Part shown: piece after piece, positions 27,793 through 37,093 of the stretch
Layout: each line of letters opens with the position of its first letter
How positions within the stretch are numbered: position 1 is the stretch's first letter
Sequence record: NC_061445.1
Length of the DNA stretch: 64,000 bases
Reading direction: 5' to 3' (one strand)
The notes under the pieces: model-generated
The model's database searches: none
Told to the model about the DNA's origin: nothing
Seen by the model: only the letters and a program-made list of their open reading frames with translations
Translations under genes and position numbers: made by a program

Positions 27793-28305
27793 ATGAAATT
27801 CACTTCAATCGCTATCGCACTGGTCATGGCTGCTTCTTCTGCTAACGCTGCAAACTTCAAAGCGCCAGCTCCTGCTGCGGGCATGGAGTCTTCCGGCATG
27901 ACTATCTCTGACAAACTGGACGACTCTTGCCTGAGCAAGCTCGCTGCTGCATCTGACCTGCGTGGCGCTGTTGTTGACTTCGCTGTGTCGCGTGATGCTA
28001 TCGACACGGTAGCTCTTTGGCCTCTCGTCTGTGCGCCGACTGTCGAATCAAAATCAATCGACGTTGAGCGCTCCGGCGCTGACCTGACTCTGACGTACAT
28101 CAACAAAGATGCGACGATGCCCAAACTCGTTCTGGTGCTGCAACGTGTCAAGTCTGAAAACGACGACGATGCACCTGCGTATCAAGTTGTTCAGGTCGGT
28201 GATATGAATGCTATGGGTTATGAAGAACAGGCCGCCGTCAAAGACTGGCTGCTTGATTGCTATGCAGCTACCGTACAAGATGACCTGACGGTGGTACTGA
28301 ACTAA
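27793..28305 (+). CDS. Putative exported protein (Sec signal peptide)
   Basis: MKFTSIAIALVMAASSANA-A (n/h/c regions, AxA site); CTGTAAATA upstream at 27707. Confidence 0.7.
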   Translation: MKFTSIAIALVMAASSANAANFKAPAPAAGMESSGMTISDKLDDSCLSKLAAASDLRGAVVDFAVSRDAIDTVALWPLVCAPTVESKSIDVERSGADLTLTYINKDATMPKLVLVLQRVKSENDDDAPAYQVVQVGDMNAMGYEEQAAVKDWLLDCYAATVQDDLTVVLN

Positions 28306-28613
28306 TGCCAAAGAAGGATATGTCTGCGTTCAATGCGCAACGCACTTTAATAAACAAAGCCGCATCAACTCCCGCAGATTGGGAAACGTTCAAACAAATG
28401 TTACTCAATCTGCGTCTGGCTGTTGCTGTTGAGCCTCGTCCTGATGCTGCTGTACGTCACCTTGCGCGTACATGGTACACTGACGACAAATACCCGCTGC
28501 CTGTCTGCAAAGCAACGCTGTTGAAACTTATGGCGTTGAAGAAGGCTAACCGCAATCTTGAAGAAATGATCGCGCTCTATATTGACCTCGAAGGAGAAAC
28601 AACTAATGTCTGA
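28305..28613 (+). CDS. Hypothetical protein
   Basis: TAATG coupling. Confidence 0.7.
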   Translation: MPKKDMSAFNAQRTLINKAASTPADWETFKQMLLNLRLAVAVEPRPDAAVRHLARTWYTDDKYPLPVCKATLLKLMALKKANRNLEEMIALYIDLEGETTNV

Positions 28614-29802
28614 TCTGAATGAACTGTCTGTGGCCGCTCGTCGTCTGTTTGCTAACGGTGATGCTCATGTGCGTGATGCGCTTCGTGCCGTAGCAAACAC
28701 GGTTATCGCAGACTCTGCTCGATTCAAGTATGAGTTCTCCGAGCCTGCTGTCGAGTCTGTCTATCGTACTCTCGAAAGTCTGACGTTCTCAGGTGACGGT
28801 ACGTTGCTTCTGCCCGCAGATGAAATTTATGCGTTTGACCAGCTTCTGAACAAGAAGTACCGCGACAACTTCTACTCGTCTGTGTGCAACGTTGCGTTCA
28901 CTCAACGGCAAACCAACCCGCGTACTTCAATGCTCGAAGCGTTCCCGCGCAGCAACGAATACATGTGCGAAATTCTGGCTCGCGCATTTGTGTGGGTGCT
29001 GATGCAGACTGGACTGGATAATCTTCTGGTAAAAGATTGCATCGTTGCTGGTCACACGCGTCTGCCGCAATTCATTATTGCGTTGCAGACAGAAGGTCAA
29101 GACGAAGGCTACACCAGCCTGTTCTCGCTATTCAACCCACTGTCCGATGATTATCAGGTAGTGTCTGCTACAAACTTCTTCCCAGAAGAATACCGTAAGC
29201 AGTTGCTGGCAGAAGCTACAGGGAATCTGCCGCCTGAGTACCGAGAAGTTGACAACATGACATTCGAACAACTCGGTGCGCTGTTGACTCGTCTTAACTT
29301 GGTAGGCCCAGCGTCTGCTAAGAAGAAATATCGCTGTGGTTGTGAAGGTGATTGCGAAGATGATTGCGATGCGTCTGGCTCCTCTTACAATAACCTTGAA
29401 GACTTCGATGACGCCAGCGATCTGCGTGACGTCTTCTACAACCACTACGGTTGGCCTGACGACGATATCGAAATTGACGACTCTCTGTGGGTAACTGGTA
29501 AGTCGAAGATGAAAGTCAACATCGACATTCCGGTAGTAACTCTTGCCGAACCTAAAGCTGCGAAAGAGCGTGGCTACAGGTCTAAAAAGATGCCGAAGAA
29601 AGCTATGGCTAAGTCCGGCACTCGTATTGAACTGGACTACACCCAACAACTGTGGCATCCGGTAACTCTCGATACCGAAGGCGCGAATCGCGTGTTTGCT
29701 ATCACTCTCGTTTCTCGTCACACGTCTGGTGTCAATCGCGCAGTAGCTACTGCCCGTGAAGCGTTCGCAATTGCCGCCGTACTTGCTGATCTTGACAAAT
29801 AA
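28606..29802 (+). CDS. Hypothetical protein
   Basis: AAGGAG SD; internal CGCEGDCEDDC acidic Cys patch. Confidence 0.8.
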   Translation: MSDLNELSVAARRLFANGDAHVRDALRAVANTVIADSARFKYEFSEPAVESVYRTLESLTFSGDGTLLLPADEIYAFDQLLNKKYRDNFYSSVCNVAFTQRQTNPRTSMLEAFPRSNEYMCEILARAFVWVLMQTGLDNLLVKDCIVAGHTRLPQFIIALQTEGQDEGYTSLFSLFNPLSDDYQVVSATNFFPEEYRKQLLAEATGNLPPEYREVDNMTFEQLGALLTRLNLVGPASAKKKYRCGCEGDCEDDCDASGSSYNNLEDFDDASDLRDVFYNHYGWPDDDIEIDDSLWVTGKSKMKVNIDIPVVTLAEPKAAKERGYRSKKMPKKAMAKSGTRIELDYTQQLWHPVTLDTEGANRVFAITLVSRHTSGVNRAVATAREAFAIAAVLADLDK

Positions 29803-29847
29803 CTGGACAAACTAGCGCTTCGATTTGAGGCGCTTTTCTGCTATAAT
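29796..29847 (+). promoter_or_regulatory. Boxed extended -10 promoter
   Basis: TGGACA 29804-09, 32 nt, TG-c-TATAAT 29842-47. Confidence 0.75.
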
Positions 29848-29914
29848 AGCAGCTAGAGCAATATAGCTCTCAACGTCATTTTTAACTATACGTTTATCAC
29901 GGGAAACTTTTATA

Positions 29915-30217
29915 ATGTCACGCAAAATTTCACGCAAGAAAGCAGTCGACCTGATGTCCAAAACTTACAACGCAAAACATCCTGAATATCTTCCGCGTCT
30001 GTTAGCCGAAGATATGGACTCGACTCACCTGTTCGAGTTTCGTGAGATGGTCGTTGCTAAGATTCAGGCAGGCGAAGACCCAACTAAAGTTGTCGATGAT
30101 ATGATCGACACTGCAATTCGTGTGACTCAGGTTCGTCGTCGCACCAGCAACGACTACAACCCGAAAATTGCAGACGTACTTACTGACGAACTGCGTGATA
30201 TGCTCCGTAACCTCTAA
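29915..30217 (+). CDS. Hypothetical protein
   Basis: ORF downstream of a promoter. Confidence 0.75.
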   Translation: MSRKISRKKAVDLMSKTYNAKHPEYLPRLLAEDMDSTHLFEFREMVVAKIQAGEDPTKVVDDMIDTAIRVTQVRRRTSNDYNPKIADVLTDELRDMLRNL

Positions 30218-30225
30218 GGATAAAA

Positions 30226-30780
30226 ATGAAAAGCTACGGTTACTTCTATATTCTGAATCACATCGCTATGGCCGTAGATGCACCCAACAAGGAAGTTGGG
30301 TTTAAAGCTCTCGTTGAACTGGACATGTTCAATCGCGCATCTATCTTCACTCGTCCTGATAGCGAACCACGCGCTGCAAAGCTCGTTCGTGATCTGACAG
30401 ACGCTATCTATCCGAAGTCTGCTGATGCAAACCCGACTATCGAGCAACGCATGATGCTTGTGCAAGCGCTGCACGATCAGGAACTCGAATCGATCTTAGG
30501 TGACATTCGCTTCTTCGTGCCGTTCGCGTACACGAAAGAGCAATTGACCGAGCAGTTCGGTTTCTTCGATACAGGCGAAGCGCTCAATGTGCCGTACTTC
30601 TTACGTCACATGTTCATGGATGATCAAGCTGTCTTCTGTGACGGCAAGCTGACCAGCTTCGCTCATTCATGTACTCACGGCGAAGTATCTCAGACTGCCC
30701 GTCAGTACGGTCTCTTCCCTGCTCAGGCGTATGGCAAAAACGATATCCCTGAGCGTTACAAACATCTGCCTCTGTTTTAG
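30226..30780 (+). CDS. Hypothetical protein
   Basis: AAGGA SD. Confidence 0.75.
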   Translation: MKSYGYFYILNHIAMAVDAPNKEVGFKALVELDMFNRASIFTRPDSEPRAAKLVRDLTDAIYPKSADANPTIEQRMMLVQALHDQELESILGDIRFFVPFAYTKEQLTEQFGFFDTGEALNVPYFLRHMFMDDQAVFCDGKLTSFAHSCTHGEVSQTARQYGLFPAQAYGKNDIPERYKHLPLF

Positions 30781-30792
30781 GAGACACTGCTC

Positions 30793-31251
30793 ATGGGAGT
30801 TGTTCGCGGTATAACAGCAACCACGTTCCCATCACGGGGACGTGACGAGGGCCAGAAGATTGCTCTCAAGACTCGCTGGGGAATCTACCCAGCAGTCATC
30901 GTTCGTCAAGACAACGATCAGCCATACAATGAGATATGGAAGATCGATGCGAAGAATCTTCCTCGTCGCTATTTCACCGAGAGCGACGACCTGTTCGTGT
31001 CGCGTCATTACATTGAGAACTACGCCAAGCATTCGCCTATCTGTGCTAAGGGTGAGCTTGAAGGTCAGTTTGTCGATGTAGTGTTTGACTACGACACGGC
31101 GAACAAATGCGAGGGCGTCATCATGACGCATCGTGATCTGCTTTTGGTAATTCTGATTACCACGGGCCCACATTCAGGACGCTACGTCACAGGCAAAGAA
31201 TGTCAGTACGCACCGCGTCCTCGTTCCACCAAAGAACTAATCGACAACTAA
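30793..31251 (+). CDS. Hypothetical protein
   Basis: AGGAG SD. Confidence 0.75.
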   Translation: MGVVRGITATTFPSRGRDEGQKIALKTRWGIYPAVIVRQDNDQPYNEIWKIDAKNLPRRYFTESDDLFVSRHYIENYAKHSPICAKGELEGQFVDVVFDYDTANKCEGVIMTHRDLLLVILITTGPHSGRYVTGKECQYAPRPRSTKELIDN

Positions 31252-31261
31252 GGATATAAGA

Positions 31262-31831
31262 ATGCAATTTAAAGTAATGCCAGATCTCGAACGTTTCCCT
31301 GACTTCATTATGCCTAAACGCGCCACTGCGCATTCTGCTGGGTTTGATTTGTTTGCTCAGGAAGATATGATTATCACTGAACAAACAACTCTGTTCGAGC
31401 TGGGCTTCAAAGCTGCCGTACCCCGCGACTTTAGCGGCGCAAATGATCAGGTACCGAAAGAGTATGTCGGCATCATCTTCCCTCGCAGCGGCCTGGGTGC
31501 TAAGTTCAACTGCCAACTGTCAAACACTCTGGGCGTTATTGATTGTGATTATCGCGGTCAGTGGATGGCTGCCATGCACCTCGGCGGTAAAGGCACTAAG
31601 AGCGGCGCACTTGAAAAAGTACGTGCTTTATTACAGCGCGTTGCGCCTGCGGTCGCTTCTCTGGTATCTGGTCCCGACACCCAACTTGCGCTTCACATCA
31701 AACGCGGCGAAGCATTTGCACAAGTGCTGTTCTTCGAAGTGCCTATGATGGATATCGTTCAGGTGGCCGAGCTGGACGACACTGAGCGCGGCGAGGGTGG
31801 CTTCGGTTCTACCACGAAGTCTCGTGGTTAG
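31262..31831 (+). CDS. dut: Trimeric dUTPase with an insertion of about 30 aa
   Basis: Motifs AGFDL, PRSGLG, GVIDCDYRG, FAQ, RGEGGFGST. Confidence 0.95.
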   Translation: MQFKVMPDLERFPDFIMPKRATAHSAGFDLFAQEDMIITEQTTLFELGFKAAVPRDFSGANDQVPKEYVGIIFPRSGLGAKFNCQLSNTLGVIDCDYRGQWMAAMHLGGKGTKSGALEKVRALLQRVAPAVASLVSGPDTQLALHIKRGEAFAQVLFFEVPMMDIVQVAELDDTERGEGGFGSTTKSRG

Positions 31832-32039
31832 TTTCATTGTCATATTGACTGCCTACTATATTGTGGGCGTCATCATTTTTGTGCGGGACGTCATGAGCCT
31901 TGACGACGATGATCCAGCGCTCAAGATTCTCAATCAAACATTGGACAAAGAAAGCGACCGAAGCGTTCTTTGGACGGCAGTGAAGCTGGCAACGTTCATT
32001 GTATTCGTGCATATCCCTATGTGGATTATCCGATTATAG
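31797..32039 (+). CDS. Small membrane protein
   Basis: Two hydrophobic segments; start uncertain. Confidence 0.55.
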   Translation: MASVLPRSLVVSFIVILTAYYIVGVIIFVRDVMSLDDDDPALKILNQTLDKESDRSVLWTAVKLATFIVFVHIPMWIIRL

Positions 32040-32097
32040 TGATGTTACTCACACGAGGGGCCTTACGTGGGCTCCTCATTATCGTAATATAAACACT

Positions 32098-32412
32098 ATG
32101 GCAAAGAAAACTTATCTGCTACCCCGAGAGCGACCAAGCCCGTTGCCTAACTTACGAGCCTATCTCGCGTATCTCGCCCGGAAGCCAAACGCTAATCGTG
32201 AAGTATTAGAATCGTACTGCAAAGCAAGTCTGGCCCAGATGCGTCGCAATCGTTTCTTTGTAGGTAAACTCTTTGGCTATAAGGTGTATACGAAGTCGAA
32301 CAAGCTCGCATACACGGTTGTGTGGATTGACCCATACAACTATGACTGTCTTGTTCTGAATCATCAAAGGAGAGAAGTAGAGTTCAAAAACCTTTATGGC
32401 CTGCTTTTATAG
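32098..32412 (+). CDS. Basic hypothetical protein
   Basis: ORF. Confidence 0.65.
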   Translation: MAKKTYLLPRERPSPLPNLRAYLAYLARKPNANREVLESYCKASLAQMRRNRFFVGKLFGYKVYTKSNKLAYTVVWIDPYNYDCLVLNHQRREVEFKNLYGLLL

Positions 32413-32449
32413 TTAGGTCCTAGCGCCTTCACACTAGGGGATTCTTCCG

Positions 32450-33130
32450 ATGATAACTGTTCTTAACAATCGTACCGACGAGGTAATTAAACGCCTGAAC
32501 GTAGCAGTATGGTCTTGTGTAGCGTTTGCAACTGTATGTCTGATTGCAGTGCTCTTAACGCCAGCAAACGCCAGTATGTCTACAGGCCCTGACAACGCCA
32601 TTGATATGTCTTCCACCGTGTCGCTCGATCCCTCCAATCGTGTAGCGACAAAATACAAGGAGATCGAAAAGGCAATTGTAGTCAAAGAGGAACGAAGGCC
32701 AAAACGCTATGTAACACGCGAGCGCCTCCGACAACTCTATGCGCATCTGCCTCACCCGACTGACTTAGGCAAGCAGATTGATTTGGCCGCAGAGAAGTAC
32801 AGTGTAGACGCAAAATTGCTTCTCTCTATCTGCGTCTCCGAGTCGCATCTTCGTGCTAAAGTCAGGAACAAGTCCGGCGCTACTGGCTTATGTCAAGTAA
32901 TGCCAAAGATGCACGGACGTTCTGCACGGGAACTCATGGACTACCGAATCAATCTTGATCAGGCAGCCCAGATAGTAGCAACACTAAACAAGCAGTGTAA
33001 AGGTCGTCGTGCTTGTGTCATTCAGGCATACAACACTGGTTGGGGAGCATATTTAAAAGGTGTGCGTTCACCACAATACTTAGCGAAAGTCCAGACCGAG
33101 TATCGCAAAAAGCATACTCCTTCTTCCTGA
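32450..33130 (+). CDS. SLT-family lytic transglycosylase with an N-terminal TM/signal segment
   Basis: SICVSES (catalytic Glu), GATGLCQVMP (GLMQ variant), AYNTG. Confidence 0.85.
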   Translation: MITVLNNRTDEVIKRLNVAVWSCVAFATVCLIAVLLTPANASMSTGPDNAIDMSSTVSLDPSNRVATKYKEIEKAIVVKEERRPKRYVTRERLRQLYAHLPHPTDLGKQIDLAAEKYSVDAKLLLSICVSESHLRAKVRNKSGATGLCQVMPKMHGRSARELMDYRINLDQAAQIVATLNKQCKGRRACVIQAYNTGWGAYLKGVRSPQYLAKVQTEYRKKHTPSS

Positions 33131-33144
33131 TAGAGGATATAATA

Positions 33145-33819
33145 ATGAACATGAATATCACCACACTGTACAAGATGCAATTCCAGTTGCTGAAACCTTT
33201 CTCGCCTCGTCAGGAGTATGCGCTTGTTGTGCTGCTTAATGACAACGTGCGTGATGGTGACGTTGCTGCAATGGCAGAGATAATCGTTCGTGACTACCCG
33301 CACGTTGCTCGTCTGTATGACGCGTTCGCTGCGGCTAATCAGTATGAAAACGCAGTGCCATTCATCGTGCCTGTGTTGAACTCGGAAGAAGTGACCGAAG
33401 AGATCTTCTGCATCCGTGATCACGCGCTGGTTGTAGCCCCGGAATTACGTGAACTCCTGCAACAGGCTTTATCTCGCGTTGTGATGATGCGCGAAACGCC
33501 TGATGAATTGCTGATGCGTGACGGCATCGAACTGATCTTAGTCGCAGACGCTATTCCACATCTGCTCGGTCAGTTTGTTGACAGTATGCTTGACGCGTAC
33601 AACTGTGGTGTGTTGCCAATGGTCGTGCGTCCGACTAAAGGTCAACAGGCGATGCGTGATGATCGTCTGCTGTCCTTCGAGTTGCTGCGCGAACATGATA
33701 TGTTCTCTGGAAGTCTGGACTTCACTAAAGCATTACAGCCGAGCGAACGTGCTCGCGTTGTAGCCCAACAACTGCTTGCCCGCTTGCGCAATAACACGCT
33801 GCAAGCTGTAACACAATAA
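33145..33819 (+). CDS. Hypothetical protein
   Basis: GAGGA SD. Confidence 0.75.
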   Translation: MNMNITTLYKMQFQLLKPFSPRQEYALVVLLNDNVRDGDVAAMAEIIVRDYPHVARLYDAFAAANQYENAVPFIVPVLNSEEVTEEIFCIRDHALVVAPELRELLQQALSRVVMMRETPDELLMRDGIELILVADAIPHLLGQFVDSMLDAYNCGVLPMVVRPTKGQQAMRDDRLLSFELLREHDMFSGSLDFTKALQPSERARVVAQQLLARLRNNTLQAVTQ

Positions 33820-33825
33820 AACAAA

Positions 33826-33858
33826 CGGGAGACCTTAACTGGTTTCCCGTTTTTCATT
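33826..33858 (+). terminator. Intrinsic terminator
   Basis: AAACGGGAGACC-TTAACT-GGTTTCCCGTTT followed by T-rich sequence. Confidence 0.75.
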
Positions 33859-33879
33859 TCTGCGCAAATTTTTGAGACT

Positions 33880-34830
33880 ATGACAATGACAAAGACTGCT
33901 ACCTTCCCGTGGAAAAGTGCCGACCATCGTAACGTGGATTTCGCACTGCGTATCAACAAACTGAATCTGATGGAAACGTGGAACTACGTTAAGGCTAATA
34001 ACAAGCCTGACGCAGAAGGTGACGCGCTTCTATCCATGATGCACTACCACTCTACCGAGCACATGCGTCAGGTAACAGTGATTGCTCTCTGGTTGTTAGA
34101 GCGTGAGTCAGAACAAGCATGGCAGTATGACGTCGGTGCGTTACCTCTGGCAGTCGCGTGTATGTTCCACGACATGAATCACTCGCTCGGTAAAACTGAC
34201 GACGAGCAGAACGTGGCCGTAGCCCAAGAGGCATTCAAGCAGTATCTCACTGTTACCGAAGATCAGCGTATCATCGATCAACAGGACATTATTCTTGAGC
34301 TGATCAAAATCACTCAATTCCCGTACTCGGGGACACGTCAGCCGAAGAATCTTGTCGAGCGCTGCATCCGTGATGCGGATATCCTGTACGGTATGCAGGA
34401 AGATGTTATCGACTATGTAATGTTTTCGCTTCGCCGTGAACTGAATCGTCGTCCGAAAACTTCTACGTTGAAGTATGACCGAGAGCAGTGGGCAGCAATG
34501 CGCATTGACTTCCTGTTCTCAATCGAAATCTATACGCCGACAGCCGAAGCAATCATGGGCTGGGAGTTGTCTTCGACCAACGACAATAGCCACGAAGATA
34601 AATTGCAGGTGTGGGTGAGCGATGACCCTGTGTTCTACGTTACCACCGCAAATGCGTTGAAAGCGAATGACGTGTTGTTTATCGACACGCCAGAAGACGC
34701 AACGACGAAGCGCCGTCTGATCGAGCGCATTACAGACATGGGTGTTGGCTTCAACATCTATTTCAATGACGGTGACTCGCTTCATCTGCGCAACGGTGAG
34801 AAGTGCGTAGCAGTCGAAAGACGCAAATAA
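33880..34830 (+). CDS. HD-domain metal-dependent phosphohydrolase
   Basis: HYHSTEH, MFHDMNH, RDADIL. Confidence 0.8.
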   Translation: MTMTKTATFPWKSADHRNVDFALRINKLNLMETWNYVKANNKPDAEGDALLSMMHYHSTEHMRQVTVIALWLLERESEQAWQYDVGALPLAVACMFHDMNHSLGKTDDEQNVAVAQEAFKQYLTVTEDQRIIDQQDIILELIKITQFPYSGTRQPKNLVERCIRDADILYGMQEDVIDYVMFSLRRELNRRPKTSTLKYDREQWAAMRIDFLFSIEIYTPTAEAIMGWELSSTNDNSHEDKLQVWVSDDPVFYVTTANALKANDVLFIDTPEDATTKRRLIERITDMGVGFNIYFNDGDSLHLRNGEKCVAVERRK

Positions 34831-34907
34831 TAGGCTGAAATCGCCGTACTGTCTAAAGTGCGTTTATGCTACAATATGCGTAGACGCACTAACAAAGAGA
34901 AAACGAT

Positions 34908-35612
34908 ATGAAGCCATTAAAACGCATCTATATTGGTTCAGATACAAATCTGTTTGCGATTAACGCCATCGTCCATCGAACCGCATTTATGTATTTGGAC
35001 GTCACGGTACATTCTGATACTCGGGGAGACAGGGAAATAAAATTACCTGTGCGTGTCAATCCTGATGTTCCTGCCGAATTACGTATGGCCGGTGTGAGTT
35101 ATGGTATATACATGCCTGTATTAGCGTGTCACCCTGCTTCTGATACCGAGTTCCACATTGAGCTGGGTTACACCGATGTTGACGCGAAGCACTTCGACCT
35201 GTACAGCCAGAAGTGTACGCACTGGGCGTATATGGGGCTGCTGCCGGATGTAGCTACTTCTGATGTGCGTGATGCTCGGTACGTTGCCCCGTTGCGTGTG
35301 TACGAAGTACCGAAGCCATTCAACATGCCTGCCAGATATCACCACTATCGCAAATACGGCGCATCGTTGCGTACTGACTATCTGCGTACTTCTGCGCTCG
35401 ATAGCATTGACGATGAAACGTGGGCGGCGCTTCTAAGCAAACCTGACCACGGTACTTCATGGTCGCAGTTCTTGAACTCTGTTACTAATGGTCGCTTGAC
35501 GCCGCATGACGATCTGTCCGAGTGTCTCGTAGACATTGACCAAGAGTTCATGCCCGAGAACGTCATTAAACGTCTGCGTCTTGCTCAACTCGAAAGACGC
35601 CTGAGAGGTTAA
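34908..35612 (+). CDS. Hypothetical protein
   Basis: ORF; TG-c-TACAAT at 34867-75 upstream without the TGGWCA box. Confidence 0.75.
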   Translation: MKPLKRIYIGSDTNLFAINAIVHRTAFMYLDVTVHSDTRGDREIKLPVRVNPDVPAELRMAGVSYGIYMPVLACHPASDTEFHIELGYTDVDAKHFDLYSQKCTHWAYMGLLPDVATSDVRDARYVAPLRVYEVPKPFNMPARYHHYRKYGASLRTDYLRTSALDSIDDETWAALLSKPDHGTSWSQFLNSVTNGRLTPHDDLSECLVDIDQEFMPENVIKRLRLAQLERRLRG

Positions 35613-35614
35613 TC

Positions 35615-35845
35615 ATGATGCACGATATATACAAGGTGAGTGCTGTCCTGTTCTATCTGCTTGGCGCTATGGCTTTCCTTGCACATATCGTTGGCTTCGT
35701 GAAGAACTGGATGAAGATAAAAGAGATGCGGCAGAAAGCACAGGCGAAGATTGCTAAAGTGAAAACGCCGCATGAATTGATTAAACGCCGCTTGCGTAAA
35801 GCAGAAGAACGCGCACGGTACCGCCCGCGTAAGATAGGAAATTGA
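35615..35845 (+). CDS. Small single-TM protein with a basic tail
   Basis: SAVLFYLLGAMAFLAHIVGFV followed by K/R-rich sequence. Confidence 0.7.
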   Translation: MMHDIYKVSAVLFYLLGAMAFLAHIVGFVKNWMKIKEMRQKAQAKIAKVKTPHELIKRRLRKAEERARYRPRKIGN

Positions 35846-35847
35846 CT

Positions 35848-36156
35848 ATGCCTGTTGTTACTCGCAGTAAACGTCTGGAAGATAAAGTCAAACACGCTGT
35901 AGAAATGTGTTGGGATGAAACTACTACAGACAATGAGGGGCCGAAGACGTATAGTTTCTTGGCCACAACATTTGCACAGGATGGAAAAGAACTGCATGGC
36001 AGGGAAGTGCAAATGATCAACCATATCCTGAGTGATGCGCGTTACGTTAACCTTTATGGGCGCTACGTGACCGCGTTACAAAAGAGCAAGCACGGTGACA
36101 GACTCATATTCCAACCCGTCGCTGATCTCGAAGACATTATTGAACTGGAGCTGTAA
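35848..36156 (+). CDS. Hypothetical protein
   Basis: ORF. Confidence 0.7.
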   Translation: MPVVTRSKRLEDKVKHAVEMCWDETTTDNEGPKTYSFLATTFAQDGKELHGREVQMINHILSDARYVNLYGRYVTALQKSKHGDRLIFQPVADLEDIIELEL

Positions 36157-36157
36157 C

Positions 36158-36466
36158 ATGGAAAAGATTAAACCTAATCTGCAATATATCCAAACGGTAA
36201 CGCTGCGTACTCTTGAGGACATTGCGCAGCGTAAGCGTGAGCGCAATCTTCCGCCTAACACGTCATTCTCTATCAAGCAGTCACATCTGTTCCCTGAGCA
36301 TGAGATGACGATTCGTAATGCAAGCGACATGGCGATCTTTCTATCATCACCGAGTTTGTGTGAAAAGTATGGTCGCTGGGCGATAGCTCCTGAGCGTAAT
36401 GCACAAGGGGATCGCGTTGTCGTCTTCGTCCCTGTCCCAGAAATCCCTGATGTTGAGGAGCTGTAA
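36158..36466 (+). CDS. Hypothetical protein flanked by identical 16-bp junctions
   Basis: GGAGCTGTAACATGGA at 36147 and 36457. Confidence 0.7.
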   Translation: MEKIKPNLQYIQTVTLRTLEDIAQRKRERNLPPNTSFSIKQSHLFPEHEMTIRNASDMAIFLSSPSLCEKYGRWAIAPERNAQGDRVVVFVPVPEIPDVEEL

Positions 36467-36467
36467 C

Positions 36468-37046
36468 ATGGAGCAGATCGATTTGTTTGATACTAAAGGT
36501 GCCCACGAGATTTCTGAGTATATAGAACTCGGTTCAGATGGACTTCCTCTAATGTTGGCTACACGCAATGACTGGCGAGTGTATGCTGCGTTCGGCGATC
36601 CTGTAGTGCGCGCGGAACTTTTGGAAAAGCACCCAGACCTGAAGCCGGGAAAATTGAAGTTCCGCAAGAAGCTGGTCATGATTCAAGAGTTTGTGTTGGT
36701 CACTCATGACACACTCAAGGAAAGTCTGCGCAAGAAACAAGGCGATGTATACTCTGGAAGCTACGACAGGGACCCGCAGTACCTGATCAATGTGTATAAT
36801 CACACTGAGAAGGTAGCGTTGTTCATGCGTGACTTCGAAGACTTCATGTCGGGCTTCATGAACGCCGTGCATCTGTTCACTGTGTCAACTGTGTATGACG
36901 GTCGCCTGTTGATCTTCGCAGAGAACGGAGCACCTATTGTCTCCGCAGAAGAAACGCTGGAGATGCTTAACGAGATTGAGCACTTCATTAACCGAAGCAA
37001 AGTGTATCGCGTACACTCACAACACGCCATCTACCGTACAATCTAA
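36468..37046 (+). CDS. Hypothetical protein
   Basis: GAGGAG SD. Confidence 0.75.
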   Translation: MEQIDLFDTKGAHEISEYIELGSDGLPLMLATRNDWRVYAAFGDPVVRAELLEKHPDLKPGKLKFRKKLVMIQEFVLVTHDTLKESLRKKQGDVYSGSYDRDPQYLINVYNHTEKVALFMRDFEDFMSGFMNAVHLFTVSTVYDGRLLIFAENGAPIVSAEETLEMLNEIEHFINRSKVYRVHSQHAIYRTI

Positions 37047-37093
37047 TCTATCAATAGCGGCAGCGCTCACGGGTGCTGCACAGGAGAAACATT

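Noticed and set aside
31797-33130. Holin-endolysin-spanin lysis cassette
   Set aside because: An SLT and a small membrane protein are present but separated, and no lipoprotein spanin signal was seen. The role in lysis versus entry is unresolved.
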